Assembly (NCBI GenBank): GCA_020638335.1
Contig: JACKIT010000007.1
Location: 45 to 64,044, forward strand
Direction of reading: 5' to 3'
Source: Rhodospirillales bacterium
Lineage (GTDB): Bacteria > Pseudomonadota > Alphaproteobacteria > Micavibrionales > Micavibrionaceae
Length of the DNA: 64,000 bases
In this document: positions 18,712 through 29,355 of the stretch, one piece after another
Layout: every line of letters begins with the position of its first letter
Numbering within the stretch: position 1 is the stretch's first letter
Made by a program: the position numbers and the translations under genes
Notes under the pieces: generated by a model
The model's input: only the letters and a program-made list of their open reading frames with translations
What the model was told of the DNA's origin: nothing
The model's database searches: none

Positions 18712-19542
18712 ATGACAGCATTATGCGAAGCGGCGTTGGACGTGTTGAACACTCCGGATGCGGTTGAAAAATCCCAAAAAACCCGGCGCTATGCGGCGGC
18801 GTGGCGCAAAGGCGAGATTTACGAGATTGGGCAAGTTGACCTGCCTGACCGTCCGGCGCGCAGTGAAAGACCTCAACTTCTTGCCCCCAAAGATATGCCT
18901 AGACGCGCGAAAGCGGGAAGCCCTCGCTCCAAAATCGCGCTACTGCATGCGCTGGCGCATATTGAGCTTAACGCCATTGATCTGGCCTGGGATGTGATGG
19001 CGCGTAAATTTGCTCTGGGTGGTTTTACGCGCCCCAAAGGATTTTATGATGATTGGGTCAAGGTGGCCAATGATGAGGCAAAGCATCATTTGATGCTGGA
19101 AGAGCGTTTAAATGCTCTGGGCGCTTCTTATGGCGACTTGCCTGCACATGATGGCCTGTGGGAATCTTCGGAGAAAACGGCGCATGATTTTGCCGCACGC
19201 CTTGCGATTGTGCCGATGGTTCTGGAAGCGCGCGGACTGGATGTTACGCCGGGGATGATTGCTATCATGGAAAAGTATGGAGATGAAGAAACGGCGCGAT
19301 GTCTGCAAATTATTCATGATGACGAGGTTACACATGTGCGCGCAGGGACGCGCTGGTTTGAGGCATGGTGTGCGCATCATGGAAAAGACGTTGAGGAAAC
19401 GTGGCAGGATTTGGTTCGCACTTATTTCAACGGGCAGCTTAAACGCCCATTTAACCACCCTTCGCGTGAAGAGGCCGGAATGATCCGCGATTGGTACGAA
19501 CCTCTGGCCGAGGCGTTGGACAGCAGTGAAAGTGTGGCTTAG
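18712..19542 (+). CDS. DUF455 ferritin-like family protein
   Basis: LLHALAHIELNAIDLAWD...DEAKHH...DEVTHV gives the di-iron-type helix pattern of DUF455. Confidence 0.7.
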   Translation: MTALCEAALDVLNTPDAVEKSQKTRRYAAAWRKGEIYEIGQVDLPDRPARSERPQLLAPKDMPRRAKAGSPRSKIALLHALAHIELNAIDLAWDVMARKFALGGFTRPKGFYDDWVKVANDEAKHHLMLEERLNALGASYGDLPAHDGLWESSEKTAHDFAARLAIVPMVLEARGLDVTPGMIAIMEKYGDEETARCLQIIHDDEVTHVRAGTRWFEAWCAHHGKDVEETWQDLVRTYFNGQLKRPFNHPSREEAGMIRDWYEPLAEALDSSESVA

Positions 19543-19545
19543 ATC

Positions 19546-20643
19546 CTAATCATTACCGCCAGGTTTATGCTCTGTGGCTTGCGCCGGTTGCACCTGGCGT
19601 TCTTCGGGGACTAGTTTTTGTCCCTTGGCTTTCTTGGATTTGATTTCTTTTACTGTGGCTTCAAGAGCGAGGAAACGCTTGGCCGTTGAGGGGTGAGAGC
19701 CGCCCGCCATATGAATTGCGCCGGGATTTGATGCGGCCATCCGCCGCCAGAGGTTAGGGGCCTGGTCAATGTTATATCCTGCGCGAGCTGTATGATATAG
19801 CCCTACATAATCGGCTTCGGCTTCGAAGCCTTGCGAGTTTACACCCGCGCCAATTTGCATCCCTAAATCGGTGACATCTACGCCTGTGGCAACGGTGACC
19901 ACAGCGCCTAATATACCGCCAATGATGGCGTTACCGCTTTTGGCTGCGACATGGGCGCGTGTGTTATGAGCAAGCTCATGCCCAACTACAGTGGCCAGTT
20001 CGGTATCGTTTTCGACAAAACGCATCATACCTTTTGTGACGATAATATTTTTACCATCGGCGGCGGCATTTACCGCATCACTCATGGCAAGCGTTACTGG
20101 CGAATTACAGGCATGTACAGGGTTGAGAGTCACGTCTACAGATTTACCAGCGCGGTCAAGCGTCAGTTTCATAGGCGTGGCCACTTCATTTTTATTGAGC
20201 AAGGTTTCGAGCTTTTTGAGACCGGCTTTACCTTCCGGCAAGGTCTGCCCATCAACATGGGTGATCATATCGCCGACTTTCAGTACTTTGGAGGCTGGCG
20301 TTTTCTCTGCAATCATGGTCACAGTCGGGCGACTATCAACACCATAAAGCTTGGCCATGGTTTCGCGGTAATCCTTATGTACAGCGTCTTTTGTTATAAA
20401 GTGTGCGCCAACATAGGGCGCAACCATATCTTCACAAAGCGGCGCATTGGCAAGCAGGATCGGGGCGGCAATATTTTCGAGACGCTGAGCCATTTTCGTG
20501 TTTTCTTTTACGGCCAGTTCGCGCTGCAGAGCGACCTCTTCAGCGGCCATAGAATTTGATATATTGGGTGTTTGCGTGGTTGGAGCGCAAGCGCTTGGCA
20601 ATAAAGCTGCACTCAGAATGAATAAAAATGAAAACATGCGCAT
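19546..20643 (-). CDS. M48-family Zn metallopeptidase with an internal PDZ-like domain, secreted or lipoprotein
   Basis: Signal sequence with Cys (LPSACAP), HELAHNTRAH (HExxH), and a PDZ-like KVGDMITHVDGQ segment. Confidence 0.8.
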   Translation of the reverse strand: MRMFSFLFILSAALLPSACAPTTQTPNISNSMAAEEVALQRELAVKENTKMAQRLENIAAPILLANAPLCEDMVAPYVGAHFITKDAVHKDYRETMAKLYGVDSRPTVTMIAEKTPASKVLKVGDMITHVDGQTLPEGKAGLKKLETLLNKNEVATPMKLTLDRAGKSVDVTLNPVHACNSPVTLAMSDAVNAAADGKNIIVTKGMMRFVENDTELATVVGHELAHNTRAHVAAKSGNAIIGGILGAVVTVATGVDVTDLGMQIGAGVNSQGFEAEADYVGLYHTARAGYNIDQAPNLWRRMAASNPGAIHMAGGSHPSTAKRFLALEATVKEIKSKKAKGQKLVPEERQVQPAQATEHKPGGND

Positions 20644-20768
20644 TGGTTTTATGTCTCCTGATATAATATTTTTGAGCGATCAACATGCCCTAAAAGACAA
20701 AAGGAATTCAAGAACTCTTTGGCAAAGACTTCTTGTTCATGGCGGCCATAGCGTGTTTAATTCAGATT

Positions 20769-21878
20769 ATGAATGACACTCAAAAACATACAGACGCACC
20801 ATCGCCAGAACCTGATGCACAGGAGGTTTCGCGCAGCCGTGATGACGATTTTTCCGCGATGGTTGAACGGTTAATCCGCGATGCGGAAGATATGCGGCTA
20901 TCGTTTATGAAGCGCCACCGCACACGCGGGAATGTTACCATGACGTTAGGGCTTATCAGCCTGACAATTGGCGCGACCGGATTTGGCTGGTTTTTGTTTA
21001 TGGAAGCCGACATCCTGCGCGCTGTTGGCTCTATGCTGCTTGCTGTTATGATCCCGGCCTTACTGCAAATCTGGAACAACGGGATTCTGAAAGACTATGA
21101 GCGCAGCTATAAACGGGAGTTTTTGCCGCGCCTTGCCCAGGCTCTGGGCGGGTTTAAATTTCATCCTTCACGCGGGATCGGGCGTAAAATTATCGCCAAA
21201 ACCGGGTTGATCCCGGCTCATGATATTTATGAAGCTGAAGATTGTTTTTTGGGGCATTATAAGGGCGTTAAGGTGTTGTTTTCCGAAGCGCGCCTTAAAA
21301 CCAAGAAAAAATATATAGCGCCTGTTTTTGATGGCGTGTTTGTATTGCTCGAGATTCCTAATGCAGCAATCGAGGGGCATACAATTCTAACGGCTGATCG
21401 GGATGCCTATCGCATGTGGCGTTCATCACGCTGGGGAAAGCTTCAAGACGTTCCGATTTCAACCGGCAACGAAAGCTGGGATCGTTTTCAAATTCTTTCC
21501 GATAATCCGGAGCGCGCAAAGCTTTTGATCGGTGAACGGTTGCTCAAGGAACTTGCCGAAGCGGCTGATATTTTTGACAATGCAGATCTTAGCGCGGCGT
21601 TTTTCAAGGGGAAATTTGTATTCCTTATGATTCCATATAAGGGCGATATGTTTGAAGCCTCCAACATTCATATTCCGGTTGCGACGAAACAGCATGCAAT
21701 GCAATGCAAACGCGAGATCGAACAGATTTTAGAGATTATTGATGTGTTTGATCTGTATCAAAAAGCAGATACGCCGCCTGCCGAGGTTAAAAACGAGGTT
21801 GAAAAAGCGGAAAACTCGCAGCCTGATTCATCCCCCTCACAAGAACCTCCAACGGATTCAGGTTCGAAAACAGATTAA
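20769..21878 (+). CDS. DUF3137-like membrane protein
   Basis: Two TM helices, then YEAEDCFLGHYKGVKVLFSEARL...FDGVFVLLEIP, which resembles the DUF3137 core as I recall it. The start is uncertain (20733 or 20769). Confidence 0.5.
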   Translation: MNDTQKHTDAPSPEPDAQEVSRSRDDDFSAMVERLIRDAEDMRLSFMKRHRTRGNVTMTLGLISLTIGATGFGWFLFMEADILRAVGSMLLAVMIPALLQIWNNGILKDYERSYKREFLPRLAQALGGFKFHPSRGIGRKIIAKTGLIPAHDIYEAEDCFLGHYKGVKVLFSEARLKTKKKYIAPVFDGVFVLLEIPNAAIEGHTILTADRDAYRMWRSSRWGKLQDVPISTGNESWDRFQILSDNPERAKLLIGERLLKELAEAADIFDNADLSAAFFKGKFVFLMIPYKGDMFEASNIHIPVATKQHAMQCKREIEQILEIIDVFDLYQKADTPPAEVKNEVEKAENSQPDSSPSQEPPTDSGSKTD

Positions 21879-22198
21879 ATCTGCGCCCGCAGTATGATTT
21901 CGCCGTCGTTGATAAGCACTGATTTTTTTGCGCTTTTGGGCAGTGGTATCCCTGCTCCCCGGCAAAACATCATAAGCGCGGCGGCCAGAAAATCCCGGGC
22001 ATATTCGCGAATTTCTATACTTTGATCCGCCGGATTTTCGAGTGTCAAGACAATCTGTGATGTGTCAGAATCTTTTTCTTTTACGCTGGTCACTGCACCC
22101 GGTGGGGGCTTCGGCAACTGTTTTTGCACACTCAGGGCATATATAGCCTTGTAAACTTCATCCTGACTAAAAATAATTCTACGATCTTCACGGGGCAT
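21875..22198 (-). CDS. Hypothetical protein (107 aa)
   Basis: ORF only. Its stop overlaps the stop of the convergent upstream gene. Confidence 0.45.
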   Translation of the reverse strand: MPREDRRIIFSQDEVYKAIYALSVQKQLPKPPPGAVTSVKEKDSDTSQIVLTLENPADQSIEIREYARDFLAAALMMFCRGAGIPLPKSAKKSVLINDGEIILRAQI

Positions 22199-22341
22199 AA
22201 GGAAAAAATCAACCTCGGTGTCTTTTTAAATACACTCGTATAATAATAAGAAAGTAATAGGCAGGATAGAAGAATTTTATTAATATCTTCATGATATAGT
22301 TTATTAGTCCTTCAACGCTAATCACTTTTCAGCAGAAAGCA

Positions 22342-22989
22342 GTGGAAGTCGTGAGCGAAAAACCAAAATCAGATAAAAATAACGATGAAACGGCGCAAGG
22401 AGTTTTCAGCGCAGTTGACAGTGTTGCGCAACAACTCTCAACCATTGAACAGTTTATCGCCCGGCGCTTTGATGAGATTTCGATGGAAATTAATGCGACA
22501 TCTCAGCAAGTCGATATGGCTGAAGAAGGTATTATCAAACGGTTTGCCGAGATTTTGGAAATCCTCAAGGCTGTTTCCTATGCCGGAGATGGCTCAACAG
22601 CGGCCAATGCCGGGGTGGAACTGGACGCGGTTGTAGAAATGACTGAACAAGCAGCTAACCGGATTTTGGATGCGGCGGATCATTTAACCAGCCGGATTGA
22701 AGAGGAAAAAAACTCTTCTACAGATGAAGGGCGCAAGCAAGCCTTTGAAGAGATGGGAAAAGACGTCGAAGAAATTTATATGGCATGTTCGTTTCAGGAT
22801 ATTACCGGCCAGCGGATTCGTAAAACACTAGAGAATTTGCGCATTATCGAAGATCGTCTCGGCAGCGCACTTGACAAAATGGGCATTCAAATAGATGTAA
22901 ACCCAGAAGATCATGTTGCGATTAAAAACAAACTTTCTACGCAAAGTGATATTGATAATTTCTTCCAAACAAAAAAGGGCAAGAATTAG
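22342..22989 (+). CDS. CheZ-like chemotaxis phosphatase
   Basis: The CSFQDITGQRIRKTLENL motif corresponds to the catalytic FQDLTGQ helix of CheZ. GTG start. Confidence 0.65.
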   Translation: MEVVSEKPKSDKNNDETAQGVFSAVDSVAQQLSTIEQFIARRFDEISMEINATSQQVDMAEEGIIKRFAEILEILKAVSYAGDGSTAANAGVELDAVVEMTEQAANRILDAADHLTSRIEEEKNSSTDEGRKQAFEEMGKDVEEIYMACSFQDITGQRIRKTLENLRIIEDRLGSALDKMGIQIDVNPEDHVAIKNKLSTQSDIDNFFQTKKGKN

Positions 22990-23040
22990 CTTAAGGGTAG
23001 AGCCCTGTGCTTTTTTATACCTGCTTCTTTATACCTGCTC

Positions 23041-23068
23041 CCGCCGCGCCTGTTTTGCGGCGGTTTTT
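23041..23068 (+). terminator. Rho-independent terminator after the CheZ-like gene
   Basis: Stem ccgccgc, loop gcctgtttt, stem gcggcgg, followed by ttttt. Confidence 0.7.
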
Positions 23069-23205
23069 ATATGCCGAAAGTAAATATATAAAATTTTATA
23101 TAAATACAGTTTAAGTAATATCTGTAACTATTACTTAAAGTTTTATCCATAATTCAGCAAATATTTACTTCGTCTTCGTATCCTCTAAGAAAAAAGAGGG
23201 TCACG

Positions 23206-23742
23206 ATGGTGAATATAACTGCCTTAAAAGCAGAATTTACACAAAAAACAATAGAGGGACGGATCAAGGGACTTGCATGCAAGCTTTATAAACTGGCAGC
23301 AAATCCACAAGCTCCGCACCAGCGTGGCCCACTTTTTATTTCCCTGGATAACGCATTTAAACCTGCCGCTGAGTATGATGGCATGCTTGGCAGCATGATG
23401 CTGGATAGTTTTTTGGGCACGGCATTTGCCGATGCCGGCAACGATAATACCTCCTCTGGAATGTTTGAAATTGGCGGTACACAGGAAATGGATTTTTCAG
23501 GTGAAGCGGCCAGTGAATATTTAAAAGATCATGAAAAACAAGCCCGCGGTCAGGGCAGCTTTGCACGCACAGAGCATAAGAGTCTGTGCAATCAATTTTC
23601 AACGATGCAAGAATGCGATAGCTTTGCGGCTAATCACGCGGTCCGCCTGCAGATTGAAGAGACGCTGGCGGCGCTCAGCCGAACATTGGGCGTAGCAAAA
23701 CGCAACACGCACACCGTGCATATATTAGAGTTTTGCACTTAA
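23206..23742 (+). CDS. Hypothetical protein (178 aa)
   Basis: ORF only. Confidence 0.5.
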   Translation: MVNITALKAEFTQKTIEGRIKGLACKLYKLAANPQAPHQRGPLFISLDNAFKPAAEYDGMLGSMMLDSFLGTAFADAGNDNTSSGMFEIGGTQEMDFSGEAASEYLKDHEKQARGQGSFARTEHKSLCNQFSTMQECDSFAANHAVRLQIEETLAALSRTLGVAKRNTHTVHILEFCT

Positions 23743-23833
23743 AACGCCTTTGAATTGAAAAGCTTGGCCCCTTCTTCTCATTAAGATATGATGTGTTTGG
23801 ATTTGTAGATTCAGCCCCACGCAATGAGTTCTT

Positions 23834-24802
23834 ATGCAAAATTTTACTTCGTCATTATTGCGCGAAAAATTCATTATTCACGACCCTAAGGCCGGGAACA
23901 AGAAAGAGAGTGCGATTATCGCACTGAGCAATCGTTTTGTTGTTGAGCTTGAAACCCCCAAAGACGGTTTGGATGAGCTCTTTATCGTCCGGGGGCACAA
24001 CATGCATTCCGTGGTACGTATGGCGGCGCGCATTATTCGTGAGTTTGAACAATTAGGGCCAATTTCCCGGCGTCAAACGCCTTTTGATTGGGAAAAAGCG
24101 TGGGGTTCTATCGTCAATGACTATGAATATGCTTATAATCCACAGCGCTGGATTGCGATTTACCATGGTGGAAAATGCGTTTTTTCCGCCGGAGAGTATC
24201 ACCCATTTCTGGACATGATTGAAAAATGCGACCATGGCAATAATCAAGATTACGATTACGCTATTCCGATGGCTGAAAAGATGTTTGAGGCTGCGGGGAA
24301 ACGTTTGAATATTACTCATGATGCCAATGTGGCTTTATCTGTGCATTTTGAGAGGGGTGAAGGGCGATGCGGCGTGATTTTGCGTGGTTCAAACCAGACA
24401 ACAACCTTTAGCTTTGTTGTAAAATCAAAATCAGGCGGTACGGCCATTAACATTCCACAGTGCCTGGGCGGCGCGGCGGCGTTTCTGGAAGGCGTCCAAA
24501 TGGCGTTTTTGATGGGAATGAATACAGAAAAACTCCGTATCGGTCTGATTGAACGGTTTTCCAAGGAAGAGAAGCAAACCCGCGAGGGCAAGCAACGGCT
24601 GGGCCGGTTGGCCAATGAAATCGCCAACATGGAGGCAGCGCACGAAGTGCGGTATCGCCCTGAAAAGCCAGAGTTTTATTTGCTCATGGCTCAGGCTGAA
24701 GAGCTGGGGCAACGGATTTTGGAGCCACCTGAGAAAGCACCCGAAGGTCATGAGCTTGACGCTCCTGCTGACGGGAACACTCCAGACGGTGAAGCAGTTT
24801 AA
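23834..24802 (+). CDS. Hypothetical protein (322 aa)
   Basis: ORF only. Confidence 0.55.
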   Translation: MQNFTSSLLREKFIIHDPKAGNKKESAIIALSNRFVVELETPKDGLDELFIVRGHNMHSVVRMAARIIREFEQLGPISRRQTPFDWEKAWGSIVNDYEYAYNPQRWIAIYHGGKCVFSAGEYHPFLDMIEKCDHGNNQDYDYAIPMAEKMFEAAGKRLNITHDANVALSVHFERGEGRCGVILRGSNQTTTFSFVVKSKSGGTAINIPQCLGGAAAFLEGVQMAFLMGMNTEKLRIGLIERFSKEEKQTREGKQRLGRLANEIANMEAAHEVRYRPEKPEFYLLMAQAEELGQRILEPPEKAPEGHELDAPADGNTPDGEAV

Positions 24803-24918
24803 AACATCCTTATTCCATTGTATTTTTAGATATATTAGAAAAACTTATTGTCTTTTGTTTTTGATTATGTAATTGTTGCAGCTTCGTTCATTTAGGATGC
24901 TGCCGCCTTTATATTGTC

Positions 24919-26331
24919 ATGAGTCAAACTGCGTATTCTGAGTCCATAGACCTTGCTTTTTCCCAAGAGGCTGAGCCTTGGGCGCAAGATGGACTTCAAA
25001 TTGTTGATAGTCTAACAGACGCTTTTTCGGAGCAATTTGACGCGGCGGCGGCATTTTTGGCCAGTGCCGAGAAAGCTGCCTCTAACGATGTTAATGAGGA
25101 TACGCCTTCTGGTTATGATAAAGCTGAAGAAGATGCTCTATTAGCGCGCGCAAAGGATGGGGATGAAGCCGCCTATAGTACGCTTTTCCTTAAATATGAG
25201 CCGAGCGTGCGGCGGCTTCTTATGCGGTTTCAAACGCCTGAGGATACAAATGACATTTTGCAAGATGTCCATATAAGGGGCTGGAGGGGGCTCAAAAATT
25301 TTAGAGAGGACAGCCGTTTTCATACATGGATATACACGATAGCCCGTAATACGAGCATAAAATTTTCAAACCTCAATAAAAAACACAAGGGCTGTAGCTA
25401 TGAAGATCTTTTTGACAGTGATCTGTATGACCTGTCTCTTGAAGCTGGCAATAATCCTTTAGGCTTTTTAGAAGACGAGGAAACCCTGCAGGCTTTCATT
25501 GCGGCTCTTGAGATACTGCCTGACGATATGAAAAAAACTTTCCGCTTAAGAATTATTGAGATGAAATCCTGTGAAGAAACAGCCGCCGCTCTCGGTATTT
25601 TAGAAGGAACCGTTAAATCAAGAATTTTCAAAGCTAAGAAACATATAGAGAAGGAATGCGCGGCGCGCGGGATAGATTTACAGCTTACCAAAACAGTGAA
25701 AAAGCCGAAGAAGAAAGCTCCTATCGCCAAGACTGTTTCTGCAGATAGCAAATGCGGCCCACGATATCCCAAACTCAGCCATGATATTATTGTTGGCCAT
25801 ATTTGGTCACACCTTGAAAAATTTGGTACGTTTCCCCACAAAAATTCCGGCGAAGTTTTTGATAAAACCGGTGAGAACTGGCATGCCATTGACGGGGCGG
25901 GAAAGAAGGGGCGCCGGAGTATAAGCGATGGTATAACACTCAAACAGCGCATATGCGCTGCCATACAAGAAGAAGCAATATGCCACGTGAGATTAAAAGG
26001 CGAAATTCCTAAAAAAGACAGCGGAGCCTTGCCAAATCATCCCGATTTTGATTGGGAAATGGTTGATAATTTTCTTAAAAGTGCCAAGGGCCGTTATAAA
26101 CTTTCACTCGAAGACGTGCTGACTGATGTGGATTTTAGTGAGGCTTTGGAAATATATGAGCGGCATATCAAGCAAGAGGCAGCGCAAATGCCAACGCCGG
26201 ATGCGCAACAGCGGGGCGTGAGCACACTCTATCCATGGAAACCCAAAATATATGATGGGCTCATGCGTGAATACCAAGAACAGGCTGCTGTGGCCGCTCT
26301 TGCGCTTCCTCTCCCCGATATAGAGCCTTAA
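24919..26331 (+). CDS. ECF-type sigma-70 family factor with an acidic N-terminal extension and a ~210-aa C-terminal extension
   Basis: Region 2 is LLARAKDGDEAAYSTLF...DILQDVHIRGW..L..F..DSRFHTWIYTIARN. Region 4 is MKKTFRLRIIEMKSCEETAAALGILEGTVKSRIFKAKKHI. About 210 further residues belong to no recognised family. Confidence 0.8.
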   Translation: MSQTAYSESIDLAFSQEAEPWAQDGLQIVDSLTDAFSEQFDAAAAFLASAEKAASNDVNEDTPSGYDKAEEDALLARAKDGDEAAYSTLFLKYEPSVRRLLMRFQTPEDTNDILQDVHIRGWRGLKNFREDSRFHTWIYTIARNTSIKFSNLNKKHKGCSYEDLFDSDLYDLSLEAGNNPLGFLEDEETLQAFIAALEILPDDMKKTFRLRIIEMKSCEETAAALGILEGTVKSRIFKAKKHIEKECAARGIDLQLTKTVKKPKKKAPIAKTVSADSKCGPRYPKLSHDIIVGHIWSHLEKFGTFPHKNSGEVFDKTGENWHAIDGAGKKGRRSISDGITLKQRICAAIQEEAICHVRLKGEIPKKDSGALPNHPDFDWEMVDNFLKSAKGRYKLSLEDVLTDVDFSEALEIYERHIKQEAAQMPTPDAQQRGVSTLYPWKPKIYDGLMREYQEQAAVAALALPLPDIEP

Positions 26332-26354
26332 AGCCCTGCCAAGCGGTCTTTAGA

Positions 26355-29006
26355 TTACGCCGCGAGGCTGCGCAAGACATAGTGCAAAATTCCGCCATTT
26401 TCGAAATATTCGACCTCGTCGAGCGTATCGAGGCGGCAGAGCAGTGTCACTTCTTTGCTTGAACCATCGGCGTAATGCACGGTCATGGCGACATCCTGGG
26501 CGGGTTTGAGGCCGCCGGATATGCCGGTGATGTCAAAGGTTTCGCTACCGTCCAGTTTCAAGGTCTCTCGGTTTACTCCGCCCTTGAATTGCAGCGGCAG
26601 GACGCCCATACCGATAAGATTGGAGCGGTGAATACGCTCGAAGCTCTCGGTGACAACAGCTTTAACGCCCAAAAGCCGTGTGCCTTTGGCCGCCCAGTCT
26701 CGCGATGAGCCTGTGCCATATTCCTTGCCGCCAATCACGACGAGCTGCGCGCCTTCTTTGCGGTATTTTATGGCCGCGTCATAGATGCTCATTTCCTCGC
26801 CGGAGGGCATGTGCCTGGTATAGCCACCTTCGGTGCCGGGGACCATTTCGTTTTTGATACGGATATTGGCAAAGGTGCCGCGTGTCATCACGCGGTCGTT
26901 ACCACGGCGAGAACCATAGGAGTTGAAGTCTTTGGGCTGAACACCATGTTCGACCAGATAGGCACCGGCAGGGTGGTTGGGCTTGAACGACCCAGCGGGA
27001 GAGATGTGGTCCGTGGTCACGCTGTCACCGAGAATGGCGAGAGGACGCGCGCCTTTAATGTCCCTTACATCTCCAGCCTGGTTGCTCATGCCTTCGAAGA
27101 ATGGCGGGTTTTGAATATAGGTTGAGCTATCCTTCCAGCTATAGGTTTCGCTGGCCGCCGCTGTGCCGATGGCCTGCCATTCTTTTGTGCCTTTAAAGAC
27201 ATCGCCATAGCGATCAAGGAACATTTCTCGCGTAATGCAAGTGCGCATCAGCTCTTCAACTTCCTGATTGCTTGGCCAGATGTCTTTCATAAACACATCG
27301 TTACCATCTTTATCCTGGCCCAGCGGCTCTTTGTACAAATCAACCTTCATGGACCCTGCAATGGCATAGGCCACGACCAATGGCGGGGAGGCCAGATAGT
27401 TGGATTTTACATGCGGTGAAATGCGCCCCTCAAAGTTGCGGTTACCTGACAGGACGGAGGTAACGTTCAGATCCCCTGCTTCTACGGCTGCGCCAATGGG
27501 GCCGGGCAAGGGGCCGGAATTGCCGATACAGGTGGTACAGCCATAGCCGACCGTATCGAAGCCGAGGGCATCGAGGTCTTCGGTCAAGCCCGCCTTATCA
27601 AGATAGCTGGTCACAACCTGTGAGCCGGGCGCAAGGGATGTTTTTACCCACGGTTTGGCGGTAAGGCCCTTTTCGCGGGCTTTGCGCGCGACGAGGCCGG
27701 CGGCCATCATTACGGCCGGGTTGGACGTGTTTGTGCAAGAGGTAATCGCGGCAATCACAACATCTCCATTATCAAGCGTATAGTCCGCGCCTTTGACAGG
27801 AACAGATTTTTCTTCCGGGCAAGCTTTAGCGAATGCTTTTACAGAGTCAGTCAGAGCTATGCGGTCCTGCGGGCGCCGCGGGCCGGAGATGGAGGGAACC
27901 ACATCGGCCAGATCCAGATGCAGCGTGGTGGTGAATTCGGGATCGGGCGTGTTTGCGTCACGCCACATGCCTTGTTCTTTTGCGTAGCTTTCCACGATTT
28001 TCACACGATGTTCGTCGCGGCCCGTGAAGCGCAGGTAATTGAGCGTTTCTTCATCAATCGGGAAGAAGCCGCAAGTTGCGCCATATTCAGGGGCCATGTT
28101 GGCGATGGTGGCCTGATCGGCCAGTGTGAGGTGATCAAGGCCTTCACCGTAGAATTCAACGAATTTACCAACAACGCCCAGTTCGCGGAGCATTTCAACA
28201 ACGCGCAAAACCAGATCGGTGGCGGTGTTGCCTTCTTTCATTTTGCCGGTCAGTTTAAAGCCAACGACTTCGGGTATAAGCATGGAAATCGGCTGACCAA
28301 GCATGGCAGCTTCGGCTTCGATACCGCCGACACCCCAACCGAGAACGGCAAGGCCGTTGACCATGGTCGTGTGGGAGTCTGTGCCGACCAATGTGTCGGG
28401 ATAAATTACGCCGCTGTCTTCCCAAACAGTCTGGGCGAGATATTCAAGATTGACCTGGTGGCAGATGCCGGTTCCAGGCGGAACCACGCGGAAGTTTTTA
28501 AATGCCCCCTGCCCCCATTTCAGGAATTCATAGCGCTCGCCGTTGCGCTCAAACTCGTATTCAACATTATGCTGGAATGCGGCAGGCGTACCAAATTCAT
28601 CCACCATCACAGAGTGGTCGATCACGAGATCGACGGGCACCAGCGGGTTGATTTTTTGAGGATCGCCACCCAGCGACTTCATCGCCTCGCGCATCGCGGC
28701 CAGATCGACCACCGCAGGAACGCCGGTGAAATCCTGCATCAATACGCGCGCAGGACGATATGCAATTTCATGGCTCGATTTTTTGGCCTTGAGCCAATCG
28801 GCCAGCGCCTGCACGTCTTCGGTCGTGACCGTGCGACCATCTTCGAAACGCAGGAGGTTTTCGAGCAAAACCTTGAGCGTATAAGGCAAGCGCGATATAT
28901 CGCCAATCTTGTCTGCAGCAGCCTTAAGGCTGAAATAATCGTAGCTTTTTCCATCAACTTCGAGTGTTTTGCGTGTTTGCAGAGAATCGTGGCCGGTGCG
29001 TGTCAT
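26355..29006 (-). CDS. acnA: Aconitate hydratase A
   Basis: Full-length AcnA/IRP-type sequence ([26 protein letters not shown] cluster ligands). The start is taken at MTRTGHDSL, because the track's 11-codon N-terminal extension lies in a repeat element. Confidence 0.97.
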   Translation of the reverse strand: MTRTGHDSLQTRKTLEVDGKSYDYFSLKAAADKIGDISRLPYTLKVLLENLLRFEDGRTVTTEDVQALADWLKAKKSSHEIAYRPARVLMQDFTGVPAVVDLAAMREAMKSLGGDPQKINPLVPVDLVIDHSVMVDEFGTPAAFQHNVEYEFERNGERYEFLKWGQGAFKNFRVVPPGTGICHQVNLEYLAQTVWEDSGVIYPDTLVGTDSHTTMVNGLAVLGWGVGGIEAEAAMLGQPISMLIPEVVGFKLTGKMKEGNTATDLVLRVVEMLRELGVVGKFVEFYGEGLDHLTLADQATIANMAPEYGATCGFFPIDEETLNYLRFTGRDEHRVKIVESYAKEQGMWRDANTPDPEFTTTLHLDLADVVPSISGPRRPQDRIALTDSVKAFAKACPEEKSVPVKGADYTLDNGDVVIAAITSCTNTSNPAVMMAAGLVARKAREKGLTAKPWVKTSLAPGSQVVTSYLDKAGLTEDLDALGFDTVGYGCTTCIGNSGPLPGPIGAAVEAGDLNVTSVLSGNRNFEGRISPHVKSNYLASPPLVVAYAIAGSMKVDLYKEPLGQDKDGNDVFMKDIWPSNQEVEELMRTCITREMFLDRYGDVFKGTKEWQAIGTAAASETYSWKDSSTYIQNPPFFEGMSNQAGDVRDIKGARPLAILGDSVTTDHISPAGSFKPNHPAGAYLVEHGVQPKDFNSYGSRRGNDRVMTRGTFANIRIKNEMVPGTEGGYTRHMPSGEEMSIYDAAIKYRKEGAQLVVIGGKEYGTGSSRDWAAKGTRLLGVKAVVTESFERIHRSNLIGMGVLPLQFKGGVNRETLKLDGSETFDITGISGGLKPAQDVAMTVHYADGSSKEVTLLCRLDTLDEVEYFENGGILHYVLRSLAA

Positions 29007-29034
29007 TTGTTTATCCCTTGAAATTATAAAGACC

Positions 29035-29106
29035 GTCATTCCGAGCGAATGCGAGGAATCTCAGGTTACTGCGTGAGATCCCTATGCCTGCGGCATTCGG
29101 GATGAC
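29035..29106. repeat. Family-1 palindromic element (72 bp)
   Basis: gtcattccgagcgaatgcgaggaatctc...gagatccctatgcctgcggcattcgggatgac, with inverted termini GTCATTCCGAG / TTCGGGATGAC. Confidence 0.75.
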
Positions 29107-29313
29107 AATAAGGAGCATATCATGAGTTGAAATGGTTTAAAATCCGTAAAAATACGTGAGAATTCAATATGTTATGAAAATCCTTAAAATGAGCATAGTC
29201 TGTCCTTTTTTTTGCCACATTTGGAAGAGATACTTTAAAGTATAGACAGACCAGATCGGAATTAGAAGAATTCAGACCTCTACCGTCTAAAATAGCTCAC
29301 TACCGTAATTTTA

Positions 29314-29350
29314 CCGCCGGGCCTTACCACCCCGGCGGTTTTACGTTTTT
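29314..29350. terminator. Hairpin terminator between the 291-aa gene and the acnA promoter region
   Basis: Stem ccgccggg, loop ccttaccac, stem cccggcgg, followed by ttttacgttttt on the plus strand. It lies just 3' of the minus-strand gene ending at 29356. The T-run is better on the plus strand. Confidence 0.5.
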
Positions 29351-29355
29351 GGGGA

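Noticed and set aside
21850-21880. ggttcgaaa string, checked as a possible tRNA T-arm
   Set aside because: No acceptor, D or anticodon stems can be drawn around it. It lies at the 3' end of a coding frame.
27918-29021. 367-aa plus-strand ORF, plus several smaller ones, inside acnA
   Set aside because: It is entirely antisense to an unambiguous aconitase gene. Its composition is Arg/Gly/His-rich, typical of the reverse frame of a GC-normal gene, and it has no motif or Shine-Dalgarno sequence.
29007-29039. N-terminal 11-codon extension of acnA ([11 protein letters not shown]); similarly 51620-51709 for tubular B
   Set aside because: Both extensions run into family-1 palindromic repeats. Downstream Met codons give canonical N-termini, and tubular B has AAGGA before the ATG at 51619.
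29110-29345. Possible plus-strand small RNA ending at the plus-strand-favoured terminator hairpin at 29314-29350
   Set aside because: I found no convincing promoter upstream. The hairpin is adequately explained as the terminator of the minus-strand 291-aa gene or as a bidirectional terminator. It is kept only as a terminator feature.
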